Positions 52,348 to 63,326 are shown, counted from the stretch's first letter. The stretch is 64,000 bases of DNA from an uncultured Chloroflexia bacterium (GCA_963788685.1 CAWBHP010000001.1:48661-112660); one strand, 5' to 3'. Program-made: numbers and translations. Notes: generated from the sequence alone by a model not told the origin.

Positions 52348-53528
52348 ACGCCCACGCCCTGGCCGAGCGGATCGGCCGCGACGGCCGCCGATCCCTGCCG
52401 CATCGACGCGATGACGCGCGGCACGACCTCGCAGGCCGTGTCGATCTCGGCGTCGGTCGTCGTCCGGCCGAGGGACAGGCGCAGCGCCCCGCGCGCCTCC
52501 TCGTCCGGGTAGCCCATCGCCGACAGGACGTGCGAGACCTCGGTCGAACCCGTCGTGCAGGCCGAGCCGACCGAACAGGCGATCCCCTCGAGGTCGAGCG
52601 ACAGAGTCACCGACGCGCCGTCGGTGTCCCGGGCGATGATCGAGAGGAGGCCCGGCAGGCGCTCCTTCGGATGGCCCGTCAGCTCGGCGCCCTCGACCGC
52701 GAGCACGGCCTGCTTGAGCCGATCGCGCTGGCGGCGGAGGCGCTTGACGGTTTCCGGTCGCTCCTCGCACGAGAGCTCATAGGCCGCCGCAAGTCCCACG
52801 GCGCCGGCGACGTTCTCCGTTCCCGCGCGGCGGTGCCGCTCCTGCTCGCCGCCCTGCTGCTGGGCGAGGATGTGCGTGCCGTGACGGAGGTAGAGGACCC
52901 CGACGCCCTTCGGGCCTTCGAACTTGTGGGCGGCGATCGAGAGCATGTCCACGCCCAGCGCTTCGACGTCGAGGTCGATGTACGGCGCGCCCTGGACGGC
53001 GTCGACGGCCATGAGGACGCCCTTGTGGGTATGCACCCGGCGGGCGATCTCGGCGATGCGCTGGACGGTCCCTACCTCGTTGTTCGCGAGCATCACCGAG
53101 ACGAGGATCGTCTTGTCGGTGATCGCCGCGTCCAGCTCGTTCGGGTCGATCCGCCCGTACCGGTCGACCGCCACCTCGACGACCTCGAAACCGAACCGCT
53201 CGAGGTACTTGAGGGTGTGGCTGACCGCGTGGTGCTCCACCGGCGACGTCACGATCCGGTGGCCGCGAGCCTTGCCCGCCCAGGCGGCGCCCTTGATCGC
53301 GAGGTTGTTGGCCTCGGTGCCACCCGACGTGAAGATGATCTCGCGCGGTTCGGCGTGGAGGCGGGTCGCGACACGCTCGTGGGCCTCGTCGAGGGCTGCC
53401 CGGGCCTTGCGACCGAACGCGTGCGCGGACGACGGATTCCCGAACTGCTCGGTCAGGAACGGGAGCATCGCGTCGAGCGCTTCGCGGCGCAGCGGCGTCG
53501 TGGCGGCGTGATCGAGGTAGATCGCCAT
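52344..53528 (-). CDS. iscS: Cysteine desulfurase (IscS/NifS type)
   Basis: [40 protein letters not shown]. Confidence 0.93.
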   Translation of the reverse strand: MAIYLDHAATTPLRREALDAMLPFLTEQFGNPSSAHAFGRKARAALDEAHERVATRLHAEPREIIFTSGGTEANNLAIKGAAWAGKARGHRIVTSPVEHHAVSHTLKYLERFGFEVVEVAVDRYGRIDPNELDAAITDKTILVSVMLANNEVGTVQRIAEIARRVHTHKGVLMAVDAVQGAPYIDLDVEALGVDMLSIAAHKFEGPKGVGVLYLRHGTHILAQQQGGEQERHRRAGTENVAGAVGLAAAYELSCEERPETVKRLRRQRDRLKQAVLAVEGAELTGHPKERLPGLLSIIARDTDGASVTLSLDLEGIACSVGSACTTGSTEVSHVLSAMGYPDEEARGALRLSLGRTTTDAEIDTACEVVPRVIASMRQGSAAVAADPLGQGVGV

Positions 53529-53551
53529 GGGCCGCGATTGTACGCCGCGTC

Positions 53552-53710
53552 GCTCCGCACGCCGCCGATCAGCTCGTTGTCGGCCCTCGACTGTTATGCC
53601 GATGACAGGCGCCCGCAATGCCTCCCTGCTGGGCGGGCACCCGACGGCAACCCGTCGTCGCGGAGACTTTGCGTTGAACCGATCCCTCGCAGCCGGTGAG
53701 CGGCGCGAGC
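53552..53710. ncRNA. Candidate structured RNA (6S-like rod)
   Basis: Complementary ends, internal GCCCGC/GCGGGC and TGCCG/CGGCA stems, unpaired central region; no credible ORF. Confidence 0.3.
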
Positions 53711-53712
53711 AT

Positions 53713-53746
53713 CACCCGGACGGCCGTTAGGCTGTCCGGGTGTCTT
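53713..53746 (+). terminator. Terminator-like hairpin overlapping the GNAT start region
   Basis: CACCCGGACGGCC-GTTA-GGCTGTCCGGGTG then TCTTT. Confidence 0.5.
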
Positions 53747-54284
53747 TGTCCGTGCCGCGGATCGTCGCCCAGACCGCTCGTCTGACGCTCCGCGAGCTCA
53801 CGCTCAACGACGTCGACGCGCTCCTGGAGGTCCTCGGGCGACCCGATCGCGATGGAGCACTATCCGGCGCCGAAGTCACGCGCCGAGACCGAGGGCTGGA
53901 TCGCCTGGGCCCGGGACAGCTATGAACTGCAACGGGTTCGGGCTGTGGGCGGTCGAGCGGACCGCCGACGGCGCGTTCCTCGGCGACTGTGGCCCGATGC
54001 TCCAGCCGGTCGAGGGCGAACTCGTGCCGGAGATCGGCTATCACATGGTCCGGCGCGAGTGGGGCCGCGGCTACGCGACCGAGGCCGCCACCGCCTGCCG
54101 GGAGCTGGTCCTCGGCGAGCTCGGGTTCGGGCGGGTCGTGTCGATCGTCGCCCCGGAGAACCTCGCCTCGCGCCGCGTCGCCGAGAAGGTCCACGACACG
54201 ATGCGCGAATTCACCTGGGAGAAGAGCGGCCGCCCGATGTGCCTGTTCGAGTCGCGCCGGCCGCCGGCGTTGCCGCTGGGATAA
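53740..54284 (+). CDS. GNAT (RimJ/RimL-type) N-acetyltransferase, frameshifted
   Basis: TARLTLREL, GFGLWAV, EIGY...WGRGYATEAA, PENLASRRVAEK. Confidence 0.88.
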
Positions 54285-54317
54285 CCATGCGCGGTCGATG
54301 CGCCGCTTGTCGGCGCT

Positions 54318-54491
54318 TGGTCCGGCTGGCGGACCAAAGGGCCAACGACGGCGGGCTCGCCGGTCGGTCGGTCCGGCTGGCGGACCAACGGGCGTACGGA
54401 GCGACGGCTCGCCGGTCGGTTGGTCCGGCCGGCGGACCAACGGGCCAACGGCGGCGGGCTCGCCGGTCGGTTGGTCCGGCTGGCGGACCAA
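54318..54491. repeat. Array of four palindromic REP-like units with a 51-52-bp period
   Basis: (T/C)GGTCCGGC(T/C)GGCGGACCAA at 54318, 54369, 54421 and 54472. Confidence 0.9.
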
Positions 54492-54525
54492 ACGGGGAAA
54501 CGGGGGCCCGGGCGGCGGCGGAGTC

Positions 54526-56463
54526 CTAGGCCTCGACGGCTCGGCTCAGGTCCTCCTGGCGGCCCTTCTCGCGGCGGCGGTCGTGCTCCGACAGCGCCCG
54601 CTTCCGGAGCCGGATGGAGGCCGGCGTGATCTCGACCAGCTCGTCGGCCGCGATGAACTCCAGCGCCGACTCGAGGGTGAGTGGCCGCGGCGGCGTGAGG
54701 CGCAGCGACTCGTCATGGGAGTGGGTCCGGATGTTCGTCAGCTGCTTGGTCTTCGTCGCGTTGACGTTCATGTCGCCCGATCGCGAGCACTCGCCGACGA
54801 TCATCCCCTCGTAGACCTCGACCCCCGCCCCGATGAACAGCTCGCCTCGCTCCTCGAGGTTGAACAGCCCGTACGCGTTGGACGTTCCGCTGCGATCCGC
54901 GACGAGGACGCCGTTCGTCCGATGCGTCACGTCGCCGGCCCACGGCCCGTAGCCCTCGCCGATCTGGTGGAGCAGCGCCGTCCCACGGGTGTCGGTCAGG
55001 AGCTGGCCGCGGTAGCCGATGAGCCCGCGGACCGGCAGCACGAACTCCATCCGGACGCGCCCGTCCGTATCGGTCGTCATCTGCTCGAGGCGGCCCTTGC
55101 GGTCGGCGAGCGCCTCCTGGACCGCGCCGATGTAGTCCGGCGGGATGTCGATCGTGATCCGCTCGTACGGCTCCTGGGTCTGGCCATCGACGGTCCGCAA
55201 CAGCACCTCCGGGCGAGAGGCGGTGATTTCGAACCCCTCGCGCCGCATCTGCTCGAGGAGCACGGCGAGCTGGAGCTCGCCCCGGCCGCGGACCTCGAAC
55301 GTGTCGCCGCTCTCGGTCGGGCGGACCTCGATCGAGACGTTGCCGAGCGTCTCGCGGTCGAGCCGGGCCTTGATCTGGCGCGACGTCACGTACTTGCCTT
55401 CGCGCCCCGAGAGCGGCGAGGTGTTCACCCCGAACGTCATGCTGAGCGTCGGGGCGTCCACGTCGAGGCGCGGCAGGGGCCGTGGGTCGGCCGGATCGGT
55501 CAGCGTGTCGCCGATCGTCACCTCCGGGCAGCCCCGCCACCGACACGATGTCGCCGGGTCCCGCCTCGGCGATGTCGATCCGCTCGATGCCGTGGGCCGT
55601 CTGGAGCGACGGTCACCGTGCCGTTGAGGGTGACGATCCGGCCCGGCTCGACGGTGCCGGCGGTGTCGTCGGCCTCCTCGCGCTGGACCATGATCCGCTG
55701 GCCGGTCCGGATCGTCCCGTTCCAGATCCGCCCGACCGCCATCCGCCCGACGTACTCGTTGGCCGACAGGTTCGTCACGAGCAGCTGGAGCGGGTGATCC
55801 GGGGTGTACGACGGCGGCGGCGTGACCTCGACGAGGATGTCGAGGAGCGGCCGGAGGTCGGAGCCGGGCTCATCGAGCTTCCTGGTCGCCGTCCCGAGCT
55901 TGGCGTTCGTGTAGACGACCGGGAACTCGATCTGATGCTCGTCGGCCCCCAGGTCCATGAACAGCTCGTAGACCTCGTCGAGGACCTCGGCGCGCGCGGG
56001 CGTCGGATCGGTCGATCTTGTTGAGGGCGACGACGACCGGCAGCCGCCGGGCCATGGCCTTCTGAAGGACGTAGCGGGTCTGGGGCAGCGGCCCCTCCGC
56101 GGCGTCAACGAGGAGCAGGACCGAGTCGACCATGAGCAGCGACCGTTCGACCTCGCCGCCGAAGTCGGCGTGGCCCGGCGTGTCGACGATGTTCAGCCGG
56201 ACGTCGCCGTGGTCGACGGTCGTCTGCTTGGCGAGGATCGTGATCCCCTTCTCGCGCTCGAGGTCGCCCGAATCCATCACCCGATCGACCACGGCCTCGT
56301 TCGAGCGGAAGGTCCCCGTCTGGCGGAGCATCGCGTCGACGAGCGTCGTCTTGCCGTGGTCCACGTGAGCGACGATGGCGATGTTCCGCAGATCGCTGCG
56401 GATCGCGAGGTTCGGGGCGGTGGGCACGGGCGGGCGGTTCTCCAAGGCTATCGGGTCGGCCAT
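54526..56463 (-). CDS. typA: Translational GTPase TypA/BipA, frameshifted
   Basis: [60 protein letters not shown]. Confidence 0.96.
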
Positions 56464-56523
56464 TCTCGCATGGATGTCGAGGCGCCTCCCCTGGCCTTAC
56501 CCGCCGGCTGCTAGCATCGACTC

Positions 56524-57247
56524 GTGACCGTCGCCGCGATCATCCTCGCCGCAAGTCCCGAATCGGCGCTCGCCGACGCCGACGGGATGCCGTCGGTTCG
56601 CCGGATCGCCGACGTCGCGTGGTCCGGCGGCGCGACACCGATCATCGTCGTCGCCCACGACCCGGAGGGCGCGGTCGCGACGGCCCTCGCCGGCAGCCCC
56701 GTGACCCTCGCGGAGCCGGCGCCGATGGAGATGGGCCCGGCCGGCCAGATGGTCCGCGGCATCGAGGTCGCGCTCGAGAGCCGTCCGCGAGACGAGCGGC
56801 GCCTTCATCTGGCCGTCGCGGATGGCGTGGGTCGGCCCTGAGACCGTGACCTCCATGATCGAGGCGCACGGGCCGGCTGCGGGTTCGCTCCTGACGCCCA
56901 CGTTCGACGGTCGAGCGGGGCTGGCCGGTCCTGTTGCCGCTCGAGGCCCTGCCGGCGCTGCGGGCCGTCGCGCCGGACCGGCATGCCCCCGACGATCCGC
57001 GGACGATCTCGTCGCCGCCGGCGTGCCCCAACGCCTCATCGCCCTCGGCGACCCGGGCACGACCCACGATCGCGAGACGCCGCGCGCCGAGCTGCCGCCG
57101 TACGACGGTCCGTCAGAGCCCGCCGGCGGCCACGTCCACGAGTGGGGCGCGATGATGGCCGACGAGCCCGACGACGGCCCGCTCGAGGGCCCGGCCCTCG
57201 CGCCGTACGGCCAGGCGGCCGCGCCCGACTCCGACCAGCCCGGCTAG
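56524..57247 (+). CDS. Degenerate MobA/MocA-like nucleotidyltransferase, frameshifted
   Basis: VAAIILAA start, IIVV, RGIE..L, PTFDGRAG.PVL; the signature loop is missing. Confidence 0.6.
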
Positions 57248-58226
57248 GGCTCCCGGGCCGCCGCGACCCGCGATCGGGCCCGTTGCCTTGCCGCCGGGCG
57301 GCCGCCGAGCGTCGCGACCGCGATCCCGCCGACCACGAGTCCAACTCCCGCGAGCTGGGTCGGCGACGGCGCTTCGCCGAGCAGGACCATCGACAGGCCG
57401 ACAGTTGCGACCGGCTGCGAGAGCAGGATCATCGAGGTGAGGACGGCCGGCAGCCGTGGCAGCGAGATCGAGATCAGGAGATAGCCGGCCGACTGCGACG
57501 TCAGCCCGAGCAGAGCGAGCCAGCCGAGGCTGGCCGGCGAAGGCAGGACGTCCAGGTCGGCGGTCACGAGCCCGAAGATCGCGGCGGTCGCCGCGGTCGA
57601 GGCCGTCGCGATCGCAACCGGTCCGGCCGGGCGGCGCAGGTCCGCGCCGCCGTGGCGGATCACGATGAGGTAGCCCGCGTAGCAGAGAGCCGTCCCGAAG
57701 CCGAGGACGACGCCCAGCACGGGATTGCTGCCGTACGCATTGCCGCCCAGGCCGGCGATCAGGGCCACGCCGGCGAGGACGATCGGCAGCGCCAGCAGCA
57801 CTGACCGGCTCGGCCGCTCGCCGAACAGCGCCCACGCCACGAGGCCGACGACGAGGACCTGGAGGTTACCGAGGACCGTCGCGAGGCCGGCCCCGACGTA
57901 CTCGATCGCGTGGTGCCACGTCGTGAGGTCGCCGGCGAAGAACACCCCCGCGATCGAGCGCGAGCCCGATGGTTCGGGCCGGCAGCGGACCGAAGCGACG
58001 CCGCTCCAGGTACGCGACGGCGACGAGCACCGGCAGCCCGAAGAGGCAGCGGAATACGGTTCCGGTCGTCGGCGTAACTTCGGCCCAGCGGTAGAAGATG
58101 CCCGAGAACGCGATGCACATCGCGCCGAGCAGGGCCGCGAGCCGGGGCCGGTTCGCGATCGCCTCGAGGGGCCCGGGCAGGGCCGTGGTCGCGAGCGGTC
58201 TGGAGCTGTCCGGAAGCGCCCGTCAC
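57244..58226 (-). CDS. DMT/EamA family transporter, frameshifted
   Basis: IAFSGIF, GAGLATVLGN, GERP, QPV..., LGE..S..QLAG. Confidence 0.88.
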
Positions 58227-60101
58227 GCCCCCGGGTTCCGGGGCCGGCGCTCCGACGAAGCCGAGACCGAGCTCGGCGAGTTGCTCGGGGTCGGGTGGCG
58301 ACGGGGCGTCGAGCATGAGGTCCGCTCCCGACTGCGTCTTCGGGAAGGCCATCACCTCGCGGATGTTCGTCTGGCGCGAGAAGAGCGCGGCCCAGCGGTC
58401 GATCCCGATCGCGATGCCGCCGTGCGGCGGCGGGCCGTAGTCGAAGGCCTCGAGCACCGCCCCGAACCGCTCCCGCATCTGCTCGAGGCTGTAGCCCTGC
58501 AGCCCGAAGCTCCGCTCGAGGAGGTCACGGCGCCAGATCCTGATCGAGCCACCGCCCAGCTCCCAGCCGTTCAGCACGACGTCGTACTGCATGGCGCGGG
58601 CACGGCCGGCGGGATCGTCCGGGCTCGGTGTCGCCGGATCGCCGGAGGCCGTGACGAGCAGGTCCTCGTCGTCAGGGACCACGCCGCTGAACGGGTTGTG
58701 CGTCGCGTCCCAGCGGCCACCATCGGGATCCCACTTGTACATCGGGAAGCGGTGGACCCAGCAATAGGCGAGGACGTCGGGATCCGCGAGCCCGAGCCGC
58801 CCGCCGAGCTCAACCCGGAGCCGGCCGAGGACCTCCGCCACGACGTCCGCCTTGTCGGCGACGACGAGGATGAGATCGCCCTCGTTGGCGCCCGTTTCGT
58901 CGACGATCGAGCGCGTCAGCTCCTCCGACAGGAACTTCGCGATAGGGCCCTTGATCTCGCCGCCGGCCTCGAGGGCGAGATACGCCAGGCCCTTCGCACC
59001 GAACCGCTTCGCTCGCTCGGTCAGCTCGTCGACCTCGCGCCGCGTCGCGCCGGCCATGCCCGGGGCGACGATCGCCTTGACCCGGCCGCCCGACGCCAAG
59101 GTCTCGTCGAACACCCGGAAGCCGGAGGCCGGCGCACCGCTCGGATCGACGAGGCGCGGCCCGAGATCCACGAGCTCCATCCCGAAGCGGATGTCGGGCT
59201 TGTCCGAGCCGAACCGGTCCATCGCCTCGTCGTACGTGAAGCGCGGAAACGGATCGTCGCGGATCGGCCGGTCGGGAACGGTCGCCCGCGAGACCTCGAT
59301 GATCATCCGCTCGACGAAGTCCATGACCGCGCCTTCGTCGACGAAGCTCATCTCGAGGTCGAGCTGGGTGAATTCGGGCTGGCGGTCGCCGCGGAGGTCC
59401 TCGTCCCGAAGGCACCGCGCGATCTGGAAGTAGCGGTCGATGCCCGCGACCATGAGGATCTGCTTGAGCTGCTGCGGGCTCTGGGGCAGCGCGTAGACGG
59501 TGCCGGGCTGGAGCCGGCTCGGGACGATGAAGTCCCGGGCGCCTTCTGGCGTGCTCTTGATGAGCAGCGGTGTCTCGACCTCGACGAACTCGTTGGCGTG
59601 GTGGACCTCGCGGATGGCCTGGACGAGACGGCTGCGCAGCAGGAGGCGCCGCTGCATCGGCTCGCGGCGGATGTCGAGGTAGCGGTACTTGAGCCGGAGC
59701 GACTCGTCGATCTGGGCGTTCGGCTCGTTCACCGGGAACGGTGGGGTCAGCGCCTCCGACAGGAGTGTCACGTCGGCCACACGCAACTCGATGTCGCCCG
59801 TCGGCAGCTTGGGGTTCTCCGTCCCGGCGAGGCGCTGCGCAACCTCGCCGTCGACGCTGATCACGAACTCCGTCCGGACCCGGCTGGCGACGGCGTGGGC
59901 GTCTGGTTGCTCAGTTCGGTCGACGACGACCTGGGTGATCCCGTGGCGGTCGCGGAGGTCGAGGAAGATGAGGTGACCGAGGTCCCGCCGGCGATGAACC
60001 CAGCCCGAAAGCTTGGCCGGCGAGCCCGCATCGGCCGCCCGCAGCTGGCCGCAGGTATGGGTGCGATAGGGCGTGGCGAGGCTCGGGCTGGCGTCGGTCA
60101 T
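58223..60101 (-). CDS. aspS: Aspartate--tRNA ligase; C-terminal indel causes apparent read-through
   Basis: RTHTCGQL, GWVHRRRDLG, STPEGARDF, YALPQSPQ, DRQPEFTQLD, GGGSIRI, PPHGGIA.G.DR, IREVMAFPK. Confidence 0.97.
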
Positions 60102-60138
60102 GGCCGGCGTATCGTACGGGAACGAGCCGCCGCTCGAC

Positions 60139-60975
60139 TCAGGGCCGCTCGTAGCGGCTTCGCGTGTCGGGCGGCGGATCCTCGGTGGGGCGCACCAGGC
60201 GCCGCCCGATTCGCCCGCCGACATTTGCTCCGAGCAATCCCGCCCCGATCGTTCCGAGGATGAGCGGCATGACCACCGCGAGTGGATGGAGCTTGGTGGC
60301 GAGGATCGCGGCGCCGACCGCGACAGCCGCGACGATGGCGGTCACGAGCTGGATGGCGACGACGACGGCCGGTGCTCGGAGCTGCTTGACCTGTCCTGCG
60401 ATCGCTTCGCCCAGTCCGGTCTCGCCCGCCGCATCGCGCCGGAGCCCGAGCCAGACGCCGCCGAGCGTGAACAGCACCACCCCGGCGAGACAGACGAACA
60501 GCCAGGGCTGAATCGCACCGTCATATCCCTGGTGGCGCCAGAACGTGATCTCCTCGCCCATCGCCCGCTGGCCGTTGGCCCAGAGGACAAGTGCCGCCGG
60601 ACCAAGGATGAGTGGCACACGTTTGATGAGCGGGTCCTTCGACTCGACCGCAGATCGGTTGAACGTGAGGACGCAGAGGACGACAGCGACGATGGCGATG
60701 AGAAAGCCGTCGGCGAATCCCGTCCAGCCCGTTCGGGTCAGGTCGCCCGGTCCACGGCTGCGCGCGGCCCACGGCAGGAACGACGTGACGATTGCGACGA
60801 TCGATCCGATCGCGATGAGCGCCCGCGGCGGGTCGCGGAGGAGGTCCGGCTCCGGCGGGAACTCTGCCGGCCTCGCCTCGAGGAGCCGGGCCACCGCCGG
60901 ATCGATGTCTCCACGCGCCCGTGCGCCGCCGCCCGAGGCGCTCGGGGCTCCTTCTGCCGGGGTCCGGTCGGTCAT
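60139..60975 (-). CDS. Hypothetical multi-pass membrane protein
   Basis: About six TM segments, SFLPW motif; has its own -10 box. Confidence 0.75.
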   Translation of the reverse strand: MTDRTPAEGAPSASGGGARARGDIDPAVARLLEARPAEFPPEPDLLRDPPRALIAIGSIVAIVTSFLPWAARSRGPGDLTRTGWTGFADGFLIAIVAVVLCVLTFNRSAVESKDPLIKRVPLILGPAALVLWANGQRAMGEEITFWRHQGYDGAIQPWLFVCLAGVVLFTLGGVWLGLRRDAAGETGLGEAIAGQVKQLRAPAVVVAIQLVTAIVAAVAVGAAILATKLHPLAVVMPLILGTIGAGLLGANVGGRIGRRLVRPTEDPPPDTRSRYERP

Positions 60976-61027
60976 GGCTCGCGTATCGTATCCGAGCGGA
61001 TTCGATCGATCGGGTAGGAGGAATTTG

Positions 61028-62256
61028 ATGGGCAGCGACGCGCGTCCGCGCGAGGTCGAGACCGTGGTGGTGGGTGCCGGTCAGGCCGGGACTGGTGATG
61101 AGCACATTCCTCCAGGCGGCCGGCCGCGAACACGTCCTCCTCGAACGGCGCGAGACGCTCGGGGGTGGGTGGCAGGATCGCTGGGACGCCTTCCGCCTCG
61201 TGACGCCGAACGCGGTCACGTCGTGGCCACAATTCCCCCACGAGGGGCCCGATCCGGGCGGCTTCATGTCGCGCGACGAGATCGTCGACAGAACCCGTCG
61301 CTACGCCGCCGCAATCTCGGCGCCGGTGGAGACGGGCACCGAGGTCCAGCGCCTCGAGAGCCGGCCCGAGGGCGGGTTCCGCCTCGTCACGAATCGCGGG
61401 TTCTTCGAGGCGGCCGAGGTCGTCGTCGCCACGGGTGGGTTCCACGTGCCGAGGATTCCGGTGTCGACGCTCGCCGACCGCCTCCTGCAGGTCCACTCCC
61501 ACAGGTACCGCAACGAGGCAGCCCTGCCGCCCGGTGCGGTGCTCGTCGTCGGCACGGGCCAGTCCGGCGTCCAGCTCGCCGAGGAGCTTCACGCTGCCGG
61601 ACGACGAGTGATCCTTTCCGTCGGCCATTGCGGCCGAGTGCCTCGTCGCTACCGCGGCAGAGACATCTTCCTCTGGCTTCTCGAAATGGACTCGCGCGGC
61701 ATGCTGCCAAGAATCGAACAGCTGCCCGACCCGAGACTGCGATTCGCCTGCAATCCCCACCTCTCCGGCCACGGCGGAGGTCACGAAACGAATCTGCCGC
61801 CAATTCGCGGCTGACGGAATCCGCCTCGTCGGTCGTTTCGAAGGGGCCGACGGAGAGCGAGTCCGGTTCGCACCCGACCTGGCGGCGAATCTGCGCTTTG
61901 CGGACTCGTTCTTCGACGACCGGATTCGAGCAGACGTAGACCGAATCATCGCGGAGGCCGGAATCGACGCACCGCCGGACGACCGCGAGCCGTTCTCGTA
62001 CGAGCCGCCTGAGGTCGTCGAGCTGGATCTCGCGGCCGAGGGGGTATCGACCGTGCTCTGGACGAGCGGCTACCGCCTCGACTTCAGCTGGATCGACCTG
62101 CCAATCCTCGATGAGCTCGGCGTTCCGCGCCAGAATCGAGGCGTGACGGATATCCCAGGCCTGACGTTCCTTGGGCTGCCATGGCAGTACAACCAGCGCT
62201 CAGCCACGATCTTCGGCGTGGCAAGGGACGCGACGCATCTCGCCGAACGGTGGTAA
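61028..62256 (+). CDS. Flavin-containing monooxygenase-like oxidoreductase, frameshifted
   Basis: VVGAGQAGL, WDAFRLVTPN, VVATGG, VLVVGTGQSG.QLAEEL, VLWTSGY. Confidence 0.88.
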
Positions 62257-62266
62257 TCGGGGCAAG

Positions 62267-62306
62267 AAAAAAACCGGGTCGGGCTCGACGAGCCTCGACC
62301 CGGTTT
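62267..62306 (-). terminator. Intrinsic terminator (probably bidirectional)
   Basis: A7-CCGGGTCG...CGACCCGG-TTT between convergent genes. Confidence 0.85.
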
Positions 62307-62317
62307 GGAGTCAGTGG

Positions 62318-63094
62318 TTAGCCGCCGTTCTTCTTGCCGTGGCTCTTTGCCTTGTCGGCGTGGTTCTTCGCCTTCTCAGCCTTGGCAGCGGCCTTTGCCG
62401 CGTCCCTGGCTGCGTGATCCTTCTTCGCCGCCTCACTGACGGCACCACCGTGGTTGCAGTTCTTGCCGCCAACGGCGTCCTTGTCCTGGGCCACCTTTGA
62501 GACGGCCTTGCCATGGGCGTTCTTGGCCAGGTCAACCGGCTCTTCGACGACCGGCTCTTCGACTTCGGGCACCGTCTCGCACACCGCGGGCTCCTCGGCG
62601 GGATCCTCGGTGTCCTCGACTGGCTCTTCTTCGGTCGGCTCGTCGCAGACAGGGTCGGCGACGACGACTGCCGGGTCCGCGTCCGCGTCGGCGTCGGCCT
62701 CGGTCTCGGTGGCGTCAGGCGTCACGCAGGCGTCGTCGCCGTGAGCGACCATGCTGACGTATCCGCCGTGGTTGCAGTTCTTGCCGCCGATGCGACCGCT
62801 CTGGGCCGCCTCGGATGTTGAGATGACGCCGTCGGAGTTCAGGTCGACGGCCGCCTCGGCCGCTGCAGCCGCATCTTCGTCTTCCACGACCTCGTCGTCG
62901 CAATCGTCGTCGATGCCGTCACCGTCGAGGTCCTCGAAGGTGAGAGTCGTGTCGACGACCGGCGGAACTACTTCGACTTCGGGGGTCGTGATCGCCGTGA
63001 CGAGGGCCGCGGCCGCCACCACGCCGCTGAGCGACAGGGCGAGAAGCACTGCCCCGCCTCCGGCCAGCCAGGTGGAACGCAGTCGTTTGAGCAT
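62318..63094 (-). CDS. Secreted acidic protein with EF-hand-like loops and repeated NHG motifs
   Basis: Signal peptide; DLDGDGIDDD and DLNSDGVIS; GGKNCNHGG.VS twice. Confidence 0.8.
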   Translation of the reverse strand: MLKRLRSTWLAGGGAVLLALSLSGVVAAAALVTAITTPEVEVVPPVVDTTLTFEDLDGDGIDDDCDDEVVEDEDAAAAAEAAVDLNSDGVISTSEAAQSGRIGGKNCNHGGYVSMVAHGDDACVTPDATETEADADADADPAVVVADPVCDEPTEEEPVEDTEDPAEEPAVCETVPEVEEPVVEEPVDLAKNAHGKAVSKVAQDKDAVGGKNCNHGGAVSEAAKKDHAARDAAKAAAKAEKAKNHADKAKSHGKKNGG

Positions 63095-63326
63095 CAGATA
63101 CAACGCCTCTTCTTCGCCCCGGACTGAATGAGTGCGATCCCGACGATGGCCGGGAGAGGGACTTGTCCCTGCCCAAAGTATCGCGGCCCGGGGCAACCCC
63201 GGCGACCCGTACGTTCTTCTCGGGCCGTTGCCCCTAACCCCATTGGTCAGGTGGTACGAACCGACGACCTGCGGAGCGGTACGGGGTACTGCGGATCGGT
63301 GCGACCGATCAACGGGACTTCGAATT

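Noticed and set aside
57759-60224. Apparent AspS-DMT fusion ORF (821 aa)
   Set aside because: The extension is out of frame with the transporter, and a GTGA stop/start overlap exists at 58223-58226; an indel near the aspS end explains it.
2447-62256. Many frameshifts suggesting pseudogenes or programmed frameshifting
   Set aside because: They also hit core genes (der, dxs, recN, typA), occur in patches, and are not accompanied by obvious nonsense decay; best explained as sequencing or assembly indels. Read-level polishing would settle it.
63190-63250. c-di-AMP or c-di-GMP riboswitch call
   Set aside because: Core conserved motifs of those families are missing; reported only as an unassigned structured region.
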